Below, piece by piece: positions 36,348-46,900 of a DNA stretch of 64,000 bases. Origin of the DNA: Clostridia bacterium (lineage in GTDB: Bacteria > Bacillota > Clostridia > Christensenellales > RUG350); contig JAFQWW010000015.1 in NCBI GenBank assembly GCA_017407285.1, positions 1,881-65,880 of the forward strand, in the 5' to 3' direction. The notes beneath the pieces are model-generated. The model saw nothing but the letters and a program-made list of their open reading frames with translations, was not told the origin of the DNA and searched no databases. Within the stretch, counting starts at the first letter, position 1. Every line of letters starts with the position of its first letter. Made by a program: the position numbers and the translations under genes.

Positions 36348-37040
36348 TTATATTAAGCGGATTCCACCGCTACCTATAGCAAGGAACACAACCCCTCTTA
36401 GTCTATCTCGATTAACCGCCTCAACGGTGTTGTTATAACCAAAGGTTCTACTATCCTCACTCGTAACTCTATTATCTCCTAAAACGAATACGCAATCATC
36501 AGGAACTTTGTACTCGTATTTTACGAAACGGTTATGTGAAAATTCGTCCATATATCCATCTTCGTCGAGTTCGTCACGACTTGGAAGAGGGGTAATGTAA
36601 TCTTCTTCCACGACTTCTCCGTTTACCTTCAAAACGACCTCTCCTGTCTCGTCAAAGAAATACTGTACCGTATCTCCCCCAAGCGCTACCACTCTCTTTA
36701 TCAAAAGTTTTTTTCCGATATCTCCGCCACCTTTACCAAGTTCACCGTCCAAGTTGTCAATAATGACTATGTCCCCGTAGGTCGGTGTGGAGAATTTGGA
36801 CACGAAAACCAATTCGCCAGAAGAGTGTAGCGTGGGCATCATCGAACTGCCCGATATCGTCACAAAACTAACCGTTAGGACGAAAAGAAGGAAAATACTC
36901 ACCAATACGATAAGGAATAGGTTTGTGTCCTTTTCGCTATTCGTGGGAAGACGCATTCTTTTAGATATACATTCCCGATATCCCTCTCCCGTTTTAAAAG
37001 AGTCCGCGTTTATTGAGTTGTCAGATCTTCCTTTTAACAA
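36348..37040 (-). CDS. lepB: Signal peptidase I
   Basis: Catalytic Ser box SGSSMMPTL, Lys box LIKRVVALGGD, and GDNRVTSEDSR. The start is uncertain: the TTG at 37040 overlaps the DUF951 gene, and the alternative is the ATG at 36956. Confidence 0.85.
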   Translation of the reverse strand: MLKGRSDNSINADSFKTGEGYRECISKRMRLPTNSEKDTNLFLIVLVSIFLLFVLTVSFVTISGSSMMPTLHSSGELVFVSKFSTPTYGDIVIIDNLDGELGKGGGDIGKKLLIKRVVALGGDTVQYFFDETGEVVLKVNGEVVEEDYITPLPSRDELDEDGYMDEFSHNRFVKYEYKVPDDCVFVLGDNRVTSEDSRTFGYNNTVEAVNRDRLRGVVFLAIGSGGIRLI

Positions 37041-37194
37041 TTTTCTTCATGTCCTCTGCGGAGATCATAACCAATCTACCGCAACTTTCACATTTTAGTT
37101 TATAATCAACCCCGACTCGGACGATCTCCCAAGTCTTTCCGCCACACGGATGGGCTTTTTTCGTTTCTACTCTATCGCCTAAATTATAATCCAT
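37021..37194 (-). CDS. DUF951-family small protein (57 aa; not in the supplied ORF track)
   Basis: My own translation is MDYNLGDRVETKKAHPCGGKTWEIVRVGVDYKLKCESCGRLVMISAEDMKKIVKRKI*. The HPCG...W.I.R.G.D...KC..CG pattern is that of DUF951 (B. subtilis YyzM-like). Confidence 0.7.
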   Translation of the reverse strand: MDYNLGDRVETKKAHPCGGKTWEIVRVGVDYKLKCESCGRLVMISAEDMKKIVKRKI

Positions 37195-37195
37195 A

Positions 37196-38824
37196 CTAAA
37201 TTACGAGCATTTTATTGATGAGAGCGCCTTTCAATCCCAAGATCTCTATCTTCCAAACACCGTCCCAAGACAACATCTTCTTGTAACTTTCGTCCTTAAA
37301 TACCGAGGTTGCAAGAAGTACTCTTTGCCAACCTTCAGCACCTGATAGAGCGACCTCAGTCGTATAGGTTTTGCCACCGATCATATAAAGTTTTACGACC
37401 AAGTTTCTCTCGTCCATACAGTAGTACTCAATTTGCAAACTTTCCGCCGTCTTGAAATCAACGATGGTTTCGGGATTTTTAACGTACGCCAAGCCTTCTA
37501 ACAAACTCGTTGCGCCCTTTAATCCTACTGCGCCCTCTTCTACCGTCACTGCATCGTCCGGCATAACGTTACTGATCGACACGGGCAACAATTCGTTGTT
37601 ATCCAAAGCGCTATCGTACAATACCTTAGTACGACGTTTTTCCAAACATTTAATACCAATAGTTGCAGGCACTACTACCTTACTTGACGAACATACCGAA
37701 TATTTGCCGTAACTTACGCGACCGAATATTCTCAATATCTCGTCGGGCACGCTCAAATCGATTTTTGCGGTATAGACACCGTTTTTCTTGGTACAATCGA
37801 CCTTTTTCCAAAGTCTTTTTTCTGCTTCACTACCGTATGCGTACCATACCTCGGCGTGTTTTGCGTTCTCTACCAAAACTTTTGCGCACAACTCACCTTC
37901 GTTTGCAACTACGTCTAACACGGGAGTCTCTGCAAATTTCTCGCCCTCGAACACCTTGTCCAAGAAGGTATAAAAGGCTTTCATCTGTCTATTAGACAAA
38001 CCGTATTCGTAACCAAACGCAAAGTCGGTGTAAAAATCTTCCTTATTTTTAACGTTTTCTGCAACCTTTAAGAGAGTGTCAAAAGAATCGTCCACCTTGT
38101 TGGTTGCACCTATATGAAGGAAGGGAATATTGACGTAAGAGGCGTAACTTCTCATATCCACGCCCGATACCCAACAATCTCTCTCTTCAGGATCACCGTC
38201 ACGGTACTCAAGGTTGTATCCAAATATCGTGCACGCACCCTTCAATCTCGTATCCATAGCGGCTACTTGCCAAGTTAGTGCGCAACCCTCTCCCTCGCCT
38301 ATCATAACGATTTTATCACTATCAACGTACTCTAAGGTTGAGATAAGAGTAATAGTTCTTCTTGCAATAACGGTCCAATTATACCAAGTCGTGTGATGAG
38401 CGGAAGGTTCGGCGTGATAAAAAGCCTCCCCTGCCGTCTCAACGTTACAATAAGACAATTCTTGAGGATACAAGGTGTATCTGAGTTTTCCATCCACTTT
38501 TCCTTCGTAATCAAAGGTTGCAAGCACGTATCCCTCGTCTAAAACGGACTTGAAAAGCGATAAATCCGGTTCCTTTTTCAAACAAGGCATAGCTACGAGC
38601 AAAGTAGGTTTTTTACCCTTTGCTTTCGTGCTTCTGCAAGTGCGAACCAACACGCGGACCTTTTTCTCTCCTACGCTTTTTGCCGTAAAATAGATGGTTT
38701 CATAGGTCAAATCACCTTCGACCTTGGTGCGGATACGCTCCTCCTCAAGAGGTTCTGCCACGGGATCGAAATTTTTCCAAACTTCAACGGGTGTCATAAA
38801 TTTGTAAATCTTTTCGCTTTCCAT
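37196..38824 (-). CDS. Acetyl-xylan-esterase-like alpha/beta-hydrolase-fold protein lacking the nucleophile serine, plus a C-terminal beta-rich domain
   Basis: 542 aa. The N-terminal region resembles AXE1/CE7 esterases (WKNFDPVAEPLEEE...KKPTLLVAMP...GYVLATFDYEG). The nucleophile-elbow position reads MIGEGEGCAL instead of GxSxG. Confidence 0.45.
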   Translation of the reverse strand: MESEKIYKFMTPVEVWKNFDPVAEPLEEERIRTKVEGDLTYETIYFTAKSVGEKKVRVLVRTCRSTKAKGKKPTLLVAMPCLKKEPDLSLFKSVLDEGYVLATFDYEGKVDGKLRYTLYPQELSYCNVETAGEAFYHAEPSAHHTTWYNWTVIARRTITLISTLEYVDSDKIVMIGEGEGCALTWQVAAMDTRLKGACTIFGYNLEYRDGDPEERDCWVSGVDMRSYASYVNIPFLHIGATNKVDDSFDTLLKVAENVKNKEDFYTDFAFGYEYGLSNRQMKAFYTFLDKVFEGEKFAETPVLDVVANEGELCAKVLVENAKHAEVWYAYGSEAEKRLWKKVDCTKKNGVYTAKIDLSVPDEILRIFGRVSYGKYSVCSSSKVVVPATIGIKCLEKRRTKVLYDSALDNNELLPVSISNVMPDDAVTVEEGAVGLKGATSLLEGLAYVKNPETIVDFKTAESLQIEYYCMDERNLVVKLYMIGGKTYTTEVALSGAEGWQRVLLATSVFKDESYKKMLSWDGVWKIEILGLKGALINKMLVI

Positions 38825-38832
38825 ATTGCTCC

Positions 38833-41490
38833 TTATTTCTCTTCGATTTTTCTAATTATAATCTTATAAACCTCTACCATAGGTACGATCAAGAAACCTG
38901 CAACCAAAGCTACTACCCACTCGATAAGGCTCATCTCTGCCAAACCGAACAATGCCGCAACGGGGGGAATAACCATAACTATGATCTGCAAAAGTCCTGC
39001 GCCTAAGAAAGCGAGGTTCATATATTTGTTGGAGAATAATCCCTCTTTGAACAAACTCAATCTTCTGCTACGCATGTTGTATGCGTGGAAAAGTTGAACG
39101 AATCCTAAGGTCAAGAACGCCATGGTGGACTGTTCTGCAGGTGTTGCGTGGAGTAAAGGTTTACTCAACAAGAATACGCCTAAAACGAGGGCTCCTTGCA
39201 TCAAACCTTGAACGAAGATATCCTTTCCAACGCCACCGCTAAACAAACTCTTTCCTGCCTTGCGAGGAGGTACTTCCATAACGTTAGGTTCGGGTTTTTC
39301 CATACCTAAAGCAAGAGCGGGCAAGGAGTCGGTTACGAGGTTTATCCAAAGTATCATAAGCGGAGTAAAGATATTTTCGCTTATTGCTCCAAACGCCATC
39401 AAAATGGTTGCTACCAACAAGGTCAAAACCTCGGCAATATTTGCGCTCAACAAATACTGTACGGTTTTTCTAATGTTGGAGTAAATCTTTCTACCTTCTT
39501 CAACTGCAAGAATAATGGTTGCGAAGTTATCGTCTGCCAAAACTATATCGGCAACGCCCTTAGATACCTCGGTACCCGTGATACCCATACCAATACCAAT
39601 ATCTGCAGTCTTAATACTCGGAGCGTCGTTAACGCCGTCACCAGTCATAGCGGTAACTTTACCAAGTTTTTTCCAAGTTTTTACTATTCTAACCTTGTTT
39701 TCGGGGCTTACACGCGCGTAAACTCTAACTTTCTTGATGATTTTTTCAAATTCTTCATCAGACAATTCGTCAAGTTGTGCGCCCGTTAATACTATCTCTC
39801 CGTCAGACAAGATACCGATTTGTTTTGCTATAGCTTCTGCGGTAACTGCGTGATCACCAGTTATCATAACGGCGGTCATACCGGCCTTTTTACAAACTCT
39901 AACTGCGTCGGTAACCTCGGGACGAGGAGGATCTATCATACCGGTCAAGCCAAGGAATACTAAATCAGACTCCAAGGTGTCGTGATCGAGATTTTCTCTC
40001 TTTTCTGCGTACGCCAAGACACGAAGTGCTTTATGTCCAAGTTCTGCGTTCTTGTCAAGTATAGCCTTCTTGTCGGCCTCCTCTATACTGCGGATTTCCC
40101 CTTTAACCATTATCTTAGTGCACAAAGACAATAGCATATCGGGTGCGCCCTTGGTGTACGATACCGTATTCTCGCCCATTTGGTTTACCGTGGTCATAAG
40201 TTTTCTATCCGAATCAAAAGGCAATTCGTCTACACGCTTATGATCCATAACCATAGAAATGTGTTTGAATCCTTCTTTGTCTGCAAAATGTATAAGTGCG
40301 GTCTCTGTAGGATCACCCACGGTCTTGAGCTCGGACTGCTCGTAACTTGCTTGAGTGTCGTTACACAAAACCATACAGTTTATGAGTTCACGATAAGACT
40401 CGTCCTCTTTTTCCCCAAAATTGAAGGTCTCAACGACGGTCATTTTGTTTAAGGTCAAAGTACCGGTCTTATCACTACATATAACCTCGGCACTACCCAA
40501 AGTTTCTACGGCAGGCAATTTTCTAACTATTGCGCGCTTTTCGCTCATCTTCTGTACGCCTATAGCAAGCACGATAGTAACTACTGCGGGTAGACCTTCA
40601 GGGATAGCTGCAACCGCTATAGCGACTGCGGTCATAAAGGAGGTAGTGATACCTGCCCACAAATCTTGGTTATTACCCAAAGTGATAAATATCTGCAAAG
40701 CAAATATAACGGCAGCGATGCCTAAAACGATAAGGGATAGATATTTTGCCGTAACTGCCAACTGTCTTTGCAAAGGAGTTTCGGAATCTTCTTCTGAAAG
40801 CATACCTGCGATTTTACCAACCTCGGTATCCATACCCGTTGCAACGACGATCCCCTTACCACGACCGTAAGAAACAGTACCGGAAGAATAAGCCATATTC
40901 TTTCTATCTCCCAAAGGAATGTTTCCTTCAGGCAATATCTCGGTGTTTTTCTCAACGGGTAAAGACTCTCCAGTCAACGCAGCCTCTTCAATCTTTAAGC
41001 TTGCAACCTCGATGAGTCTTATGTCTGCAGGAACTACGTCACCTGCTTCTATCATAATGATATCACCGGGATAGATATCCTCTGAAGACACTTTGGTAAC
41101 TACACCGTCACGCAAAACTTTAGCAAAAGGTTTGCTCATGTTTTTCAGTGCGTCTAACGCCGCCTCAGCTTTATTCTCTTGAATTACGCCGATTACTGCG
41201 TTGATGATAACGATAGCAAGAATGATACCTGCTTCTATAAGCTCGGTGTATTCGTTCTGTACAATAGACATCGTAGCCGAAATTGCTGCAGCAACTAACA
41301 ACACGATAATCATCATATCTTTCATCTGTTGAAAGAACTTGTAAACTATACCGTGTTTCTTGCCTTCTTTAAGTTTGTTCTTACCATAAGTAGACTCACG
41401 ACAAGCTAACTCGTCAGAGTAAATACCTTTTTCCGTGACCTTAAATTCTTGCATTATGTCACTTACTGATTTCTGATGCCAATTTGCCAA
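38833..41490 (-). CDS. P-type Ca2+-transporting ATPase (P2A/P2B-like)
   Basis: CSDKTGTLT phosphorylation motif, a TGDGVNDAPSIKTADIGIGMG hinge, 10-TM architecture, and 885 aa. TTG start with an AGGAGG RBS. Confidence 0.9.
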   Translation of the reverse strand: MANWHQKSVSDIMQEFKVTEKGIYSDELACRESTYGKNKLKEGKKHGIVYKFFQQMKDMMIIVLLVAAAISATMSIVQNEYTELIEAGIILAIVIINAVIGVIQENKAEAALDALKNMSKPFAKVLRDGVVTKVSSEDIYPGDIIMIEAGDVVPADIRLIEVASLKIEEAALTGESLPVEKNTEILPEGNIPLGDRKNMAYSSGTVSYGRGKGIVVATGMDTEVGKIAGMLSEEDSETPLQRQLAVTAKYLSLIVLGIAAVIFALQIFITLGNNQDLWAGITTSFMTAVAIAVAAIPEGLPAVVTIVLAIGVQKMSEKRAIVRKLPAVETLGSAEVICSDKTGTLTLNKMTVVETFNFGEKEDESYRELINCMVLCNDTQASYEQSELKTVGDPTETALIHFADKEGFKHISMVMDHKRVDELPFDSDRKLMTTVNQMGENTVSYTKGAPDMLLSLCTKIMVKGEIRSIEEADKKAILDKNAELGHKALRVLAYAEKRENLDHDTLESDLVFLGLTGMIDPPRPEVTDAVRVCKKAGMTAVMITGDHAVTAEAIAKQIGILSDGEIVLTGAQLDELSDEEFEKIIKKVRVYARVSPENKVRIVKTWKKLGKVTAMTGDGVNDAPSIKTADIGIGMGITGTEVSKGVADIVLADDNFATIILAVEEGRKIYSNIRKTVQYLLSANIAEVLTLLVATILMAFGAISENIFTPLMILWINLVTDSLPALALGMEKPEPNVMEVPPRKAGKSLFSGGVGKDIFVQGLMQGALVLGVFLLSKPLLHATPAEQSTMAFLTLGFVQLFHAYNMRSRRLSLFKEGLFSNKYMNLAFLGAGLLQIIVMVIPPVAALFGLAEMSLIEWVVALVAGFLIVPMVEVYKIIIRKIEEK

Positions 41491-41626
41491 AGTATATATT
41501 CCTCCTATTGTATCTTATATTGTACCACTATATAACGAATTTGAAAAGTCTTTTGTTGGATTTTTCCATAAATTTCCTAATATTTACCCCCTTTAGGGGG
41601 TAATCAAAAGCGCGATAGATAAAGAA

Positions 41627-41653
41627 TAAAAAAGGGACGACTCTCGTCGTCCC
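41627..41653 (-). terminator. Rho-independent terminator after the PPi-PFK gene
   Basis: GGGACGAC/GTCGTCCC stem (41634-41653) with a T-run on the minus strand (forward A-run 41627-41633). Confidence 0.75.
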
Positions 41654-41666
41654 ATCTTTCGTTTAT

Positions 41667-42908
41667 TTATTTCTTTACCAAAACCTTCTTAAGTCTAGCA
41701 AATCTAGGCAATCCGTTTTCGGTAGGAGCTTCTGCAGCGCCCTGAATCAAAGGCATTGCGTAATCGATATATTCTTGAGAGAGGTAGGTTCCGTTGTTGA
41801 TAATCCACTCACTGGGAACCTTTCTTTCGGTGTTAGCTGCAAGTGCTACGTCCATAACGTCGTATTCACAAGCGTATTTGCCGTCTTTTTCTACTCTCTT
41901 GTATACGACCATCTTATCGGTCATACCTTCAACTGCACACTTAACTGCTTTAGCGCCTGCGTTGAACGCTTCCTCGATATCGGTTTTGGACGCAAGGTGA
42001 GCAGCACATCTCTGCATCAAAGAAAACTCGATAGGTCTAACCTTAACGCCGAGTTCTTTGGAAACTAAACCGCCAAGACGAGCGGCAAGTCCGCCAAGTT
42101 GAGCGTGACCGAACAAGTCGGTAGCAGAAACTTCGGCTTCAGAAACGTACTTTCCTTCTGCCGTTTTGATACCCTCGGAAACTACTGCAATACAGTTATT
42201 GTTGTTTTTAGCGCAAACCTCTTTTACGTCTGCCAAGAATTTCTCAGTGGAGAAAGGTACTTCAGGGAGATAAATCAAATCTGCACCAAGACCGTCTTGA
42301 GCTAAAGCTGCTGCCGCGGTCAACCAACCTGCGTTACGTCCCATAGCCTCGATAATGGTTACCATACCGGTATTGTAAACCTTAGCGTCAAGGTTGATTT
42401 CCATCAAAGTAGTTGCAACGTATTTAGCGGCGCTACCGTAACCGGGACAGTGATCGGTACCGTAAAGGTCGTTATCAATAGTCTTGGGTACACCCATAAC
42501 TCTGCACTCCCAACCAGATTTCTGCATAAATTTACTTACTTTATTACAGGTATCCATGGAGTCGTTACCACCGTTGTAGAAGAAATATCTAATATTGTAT
42601 TTCTTGAAAACTTCGAGAAGTCTTTCGTAATCAGCGGGATTATCTTCATAAGATTTAAGTTTGTAACGAACCGAACCTAAAGCCGAAGAAGGAGTGTTCT
42701 TTAAGAGCATCAATTCTTCCAAGCTCTCCTCACCCATATCGTAAAATTCTTCATCCAAAATACCTTTGATACCGTGTTTAGCACCGTATACCTTGGTAAT
42801 ACAATCCTGTTTCAAAGCCTCGGTGAAAACACCTGCAGCACTTGAGTTAATAACTGACGTCGGACCACCGGACTGTCCGAACATACATGCACCGATAAGT
42901 TTTGCCAT
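41667..42908 (-). CDS. pfp: Pyrophosphate-dependent 6-phosphofructokinase (PPi-PFK)
   Basis: 413 aa. FGQSGGPTSVINSS N-terminus. It has GGNDS (Asp at the E. coli Gly104 position) and PKTIDND (Lys at the Gly124 position), the two residues that mark PPi specificity. Confidence 0.8.
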   Translation of the reverse strand: MAKLIGACMFGQSGGPTSVINSSAAGVFTEALKQDCITKVYGAKHGIKGILDEEFYDMGEESLEELMLLKNTPSSALGSVRYKLKSYEDNPADYERLLEVFKKYNIRYFFYNGGNDSMDTCNKVSKFMQKSGWECRVMGVPKTIDNDLYGTDHCPGYGSAAKYVATTLMEINLDAKVYNTGMVTIIEAMGRNAGWLTAAAALAQDGLGADLIYLPEVPFSTEKFLADVKEVCAKNNNNCIAVVSEGIKTAEGKYVSEAEVSATDLFGHAQLGGLAARLGGLVSKELGVKVRPIEFSLMQRCAAHLASKTDIEEAFNAGAKAVKCAVEGMTDKMVVYKRVEKDGKYACEYDVMDVALAANTERKVPSEWIINNGTYLSQEYIDYAMPLIQGAAEAPTENGLPRFARLKKVLVKK

Positions 42909-42940
42909 TTATCTTTCCTCCAAAAATTTTTTCAATCGTA

Positions 42941-43903
42941 TTACAAACTCAAAACGTTAGCAACGTTATAGAGTGAATAATCAAAGTTCTTTTCCGCGGT
43001 CAACGCATCCGTCAAATCCACGTCGATGACCTCGTTTTGTCTAATACCAACCGCACGGTTTACGATGCCTTTTTTGAGCAAATCAACGGCTTTTACGCCC
43101 AATCTTGACGCCAAAACTCTATCTTGCATCGTAGGCATACCGCCACGTTGAATATGACCTAACACCGTAGTTCTAAAAGATACGTCGGTCAAACCTTCCA
43201 ATTTTTCCTTGACCATATCCGCCGTACCTACGCCCTCTGCAACCAAGATAATATCCGAGGTTTTACCCTTTCTATTACTTTGATTAAGTTTATGCGCAAG
43301 CGCTTGATAATCGGGTTCAACCTCGGGCACGAGCATATACTCACAACCGCCCGCAAGACCAGCGTACATCGCGATATCGCCACAGTTTCTACCCATAACT
43401 TCTATGATACTTACTCTATCGTGCGAGGTCATAGTGTCACGAAGGTTGTTGATAGCGCTCAACACGGTATTTACCGCCGTATCAAAACCAATAGTGTAAT
43501 CGGTATAATTTAGATCGTTGTCAATAGTACCCGGAACACCTATAACGGGCACGCCACAATTTTGTGCAAGGTCTCTCGCGCCACGGAAACTACCGTCACC
43601 GCCTATAACGACGACGCCTTGGATATCGTGTTCACGCAAAACTCTTGCCGCTTCTTTCTGTCCCTCTTCAGTCAGAAACTCCATACATCTTGCCGTTTTA
43701 AGAATAGTTCCGCCACGTTGAATGATATCGGAAACGGAACGTCTTTCCATAAGTTGTAAATTGTCGTTTACGAGACCGTTAAAACCACGGTCCACACCGT
43801 ACACGGACATACCGCAATATATTGCGTATCTTACAACGGAACGAATGCAAGCATTCATTCCCGGCGCATCTCCCCCGCTCGTCAATACTGCTATTCTTCT
43901 CAT
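42941..43903 (-). CDS. pfkA: ATP-dependent 6-phosphofructokinase
   Basis: MRRIAVLTSGGDAPGMNACIR, with GGDGS and PGTIDND motifs. 320 aa. Confidence 0.95.
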   Translation of the reverse strand: MRRIAVLTSGGDAPGMNACIRSVVRYAIYCGMSVYGVDRGFNGLVNDNLQLMERRSVSDIIQRGGTILKTARCMEFLTEEGQKEAARVLREHDIQGVVVIGGDGSFRGARDLAQNCGVPVIGVPGTIDNDLNYTDYTIGFDTAVNTVLSAINNLRDTMTSHDRVSIIEVMGRNCGDIAMYAGLAGGCEYMLVPEVEPDYQALAHKLNQSNRKGKTSDIILVAEGVGTADMVKEKLEGLTDVSFRTTVLGHIQRGGMPTMQDRVLASRLGVKAVDLLKKGIVNRAVGIRQNEVIDVDLTDALTAEKNFDYSLYNVANVLSL

Positions 43904-43994
43904 TTTAAGTCCTCTCGCGGGTTATTAGTTTTAGGATAATTCCCAACACCCGCACTATTATATCAAAATAAGGTTAATTTGGCTACCGTTTAAA

Positions 43995-46900
43995 CTAATT
44001 TTTCTCAATAAACTTAAAGTTCGAATCCCCTATCAAATCCTCTAGCGCCCAATACAAAGACTTAGAGTCCTCTACGCATCTATTTACCTTCATTAGTTTT
44101 CCGTCACTTTGGACGTAAACGGGAATTTTTCCGGGATTATCGGCAAGAATTTGGGAAACTTCACGGAATACGATATCAAAATCGTTTTCTATTCTGATAC
44201 ACAATCTCTTATCCTTTTTATCCCCCTCGGTTTTCTCGTCCTTTCTAGCTTTAGGCGCAGTCCATTCACTCACGGACCTTACCATTATACTAGGCGCTTC
44301 TCCGTCACGATAGGATAACTCTCCCTCAATTTTAACTATAGCGTCGTTTTTAACCACGTTTTTGTACTTTTCATAGGTCTTACCAAATAAAACTAGTTCG
44401 ATATTGCCGTAGAAGTCCTCAAGTCGCGCAACGCACATCTCGTTACCCGATTTAGTTACCTTTCTCGCTACGTTATTCAATATACCGCCTATTTTAACGC
44501 TCTTTTTATCCGAAATTACGTTGTCCTCAACTACGGACTCGTCGTCCTCTAACTCGTCGTCGCGTTTTTGTATCATAGAGGTATTAAAATCAAAGAGTTT
44601 GAACTCCTCTTTATATTCGTTCAATGGGTGACCTGAAACGTATAAGCCTAAAACCTCTTTTTCCATTTGTAATTTTTCCTTTTCGGGATACTCTTCGATA
44701 TTAGGATATTCTATAGAAATACTGCTATCCTCTATCTCCCCGAAGAAAGAAAATTGACCTAATTCTTCGTCGTGTTTCGCTTTTACGGACAAATCTACCG
44801 CCTTTTCGTATACGTTCAACAACACGCTACGAGGTTTTCCAAAGCAATCCATAGCGCCACCCTTAATGAGGTTTTCCAACAATCTCTTGTTTAATACGGC
44901 TTTGTCTACGCGCATGGTAAAGTCCTCTAAGGACTTAAACTCGCCCCCTCTCTTTCTCTCCTCTATCATGTTTTCCATAGCGGCGATACCTACGCCCTTA
45001 ATACCTGATAGACCGAAACGAACCTTGCCGTTTTCTACCCTAAATTCGGCAAAAGATTTATTGACGTCGGGAGGCAAAATATCAATATTTATCTCGCGCA
45101 TATAAGTTGCGTAGTGAGATAATTCATCAGAGTGCGTAATACGGTTGTTGATAATAGCCGTCAAAAACTCAACGGGATAATAACGCTTCAAATATGCAGT
45201 CTGGTATGCAAGTACGGCGTAAGCCGCTGCGTGGGATTTGTTGAACGCGTATGACGCAAACGCCGCCATATCGGCGTAGATTTTTTCTGCGACCTCTTTC
45301 GGTACGCCGTTTTTAATAGCGCCGATCGCCTTACAGTTTCCGTTCTCGTCGAAAACACCGTTCAAGAATCTATCCTTTTCTTTCGCCATCTCTTCGTGTT
45401 TTTTCTTACTCATCATACGACGAACGTTATCCGCCATACCAAGAGAATAACCGGCAAGACTTTGAACTATTTTCATTACCTGTTCTTGATACACGATACA
45501 TCCGTACGTAACGTCGAGTATAGGAATTAGCAACTCGTGATCGTAGGTAATTTTGTCGGGATTGTTCTTATTTTCCAAATATTTAGGTATAGAGTCCATA
45601 GGACCGGGGCGGAAAAGGGAGATACCCGCTATAATTTCCTCCAATTTAGTAGGGCGAAGTTGTCCCATAAACTTACTCATACCGCCACTTTCAAGCTGGA
45701 ATACGGCTACGTTATCTCCGCTTGCAATAAGCTCGTATACGTTGGGATCTTCGTAACCAAGTTCACGGAAATCAATTTTAACCCCAAAGTCCTCGTAAAC
45801 GTAGTCACACGCTTTTTTAATATCGGTCAAGGTTATGAGTCCCAAAAAGTCCATTTTAAGTAGACCGAGTTTTTCTATCTCCGTCATATTAAATTGGGTG
45901 GTAACGTCTCCCGAACTCAAAGACAAAGGTACGTGTTCCGATATAGGATCTTTACAAATAACGACACCTGCGGCGTGTTTAGAACAGTTTTTAGGCATAC
46001 CCTCGACCTTAATAGCCATATCGAGTACGCGACGAACTGTTTCGTCGTTTTCGTAAAGGTCGATAAGTTCACGAACGATAAGTTTGGGGTCTTGCTTTTC
46101 CCCGCTTCTGCCTAAAACGTCCGCGATTTTAAGTTTGGGCGCACTGGGCATAAGCTTGGTGATTTTGTTCATATCCGCAAAAGGCACGTTATACACACGC
46201 CCTACGTCTTTTATCGCAGCCTTGGCTTTCAAGCATCCAAAGGTAATTATCTGGGAAACCTGAGCCGAACCGTACTTTCTCGTAACGTATTCTATAACCT
46301 CGCCACGTCTATCACAACAAAAGTCTACATCAAAGTCGGGCATGGATACACGTTCCACGTTCAAAAATCTCTCGAAGAACAAGGAATATTTCAGCGGATC
46401 AACGTCCGTTATGCCCGATGCGTACGCAACTATAGAGCCAACGCCACTACCACGACCGGGACCTACAGGAATACCGTGTTCACGAGCGTAGTTTATAAAA
46501 TCCCACACGATGAGGTAGTACTCAACGTAACCGAGTTTGGAAATAACGCCAAGTTCGTACTCCGCGCGCTCCAATATCTCGGGAGTTACCTCTTTATATT
46601 TTTGTTTCAATCCCCTATCCGTAAGCCCACGCAAAAACTCGTAAGGAGTTTGTCCGTTTTCCGGAATGTAACGAGGTATCAAGTATTCACCAAACTTAAT
46701 ATTAACGTTACACTTATCCACTATTTCCATAGTGTTGGATAGTGCTTCGGGATAAGAAGAGAAGAGTTCGTACATCTCGTCGTAATCTTTTAGATAATAC
46801 TGATCGGAATCAAACTTAAAGTGAGAGGGGTTGTCCATCGTGGACTGCGTTTGCATGCACAACAAAACCTCGTGCATCTCGGAGTCCTCTTTTTCGATAT

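Noticed and set aside
41587-41603. ACCCCC-TTTA-GGGGGT hairpin upstream of the Ca2+-ATPase gene, considered as a regulatory element.
   Set aside because: It lies between the pfp terminator and the likely ATPase promoter. It has no associated conserved motif I can recognise and is most simply a second, back-up terminator hairpin.
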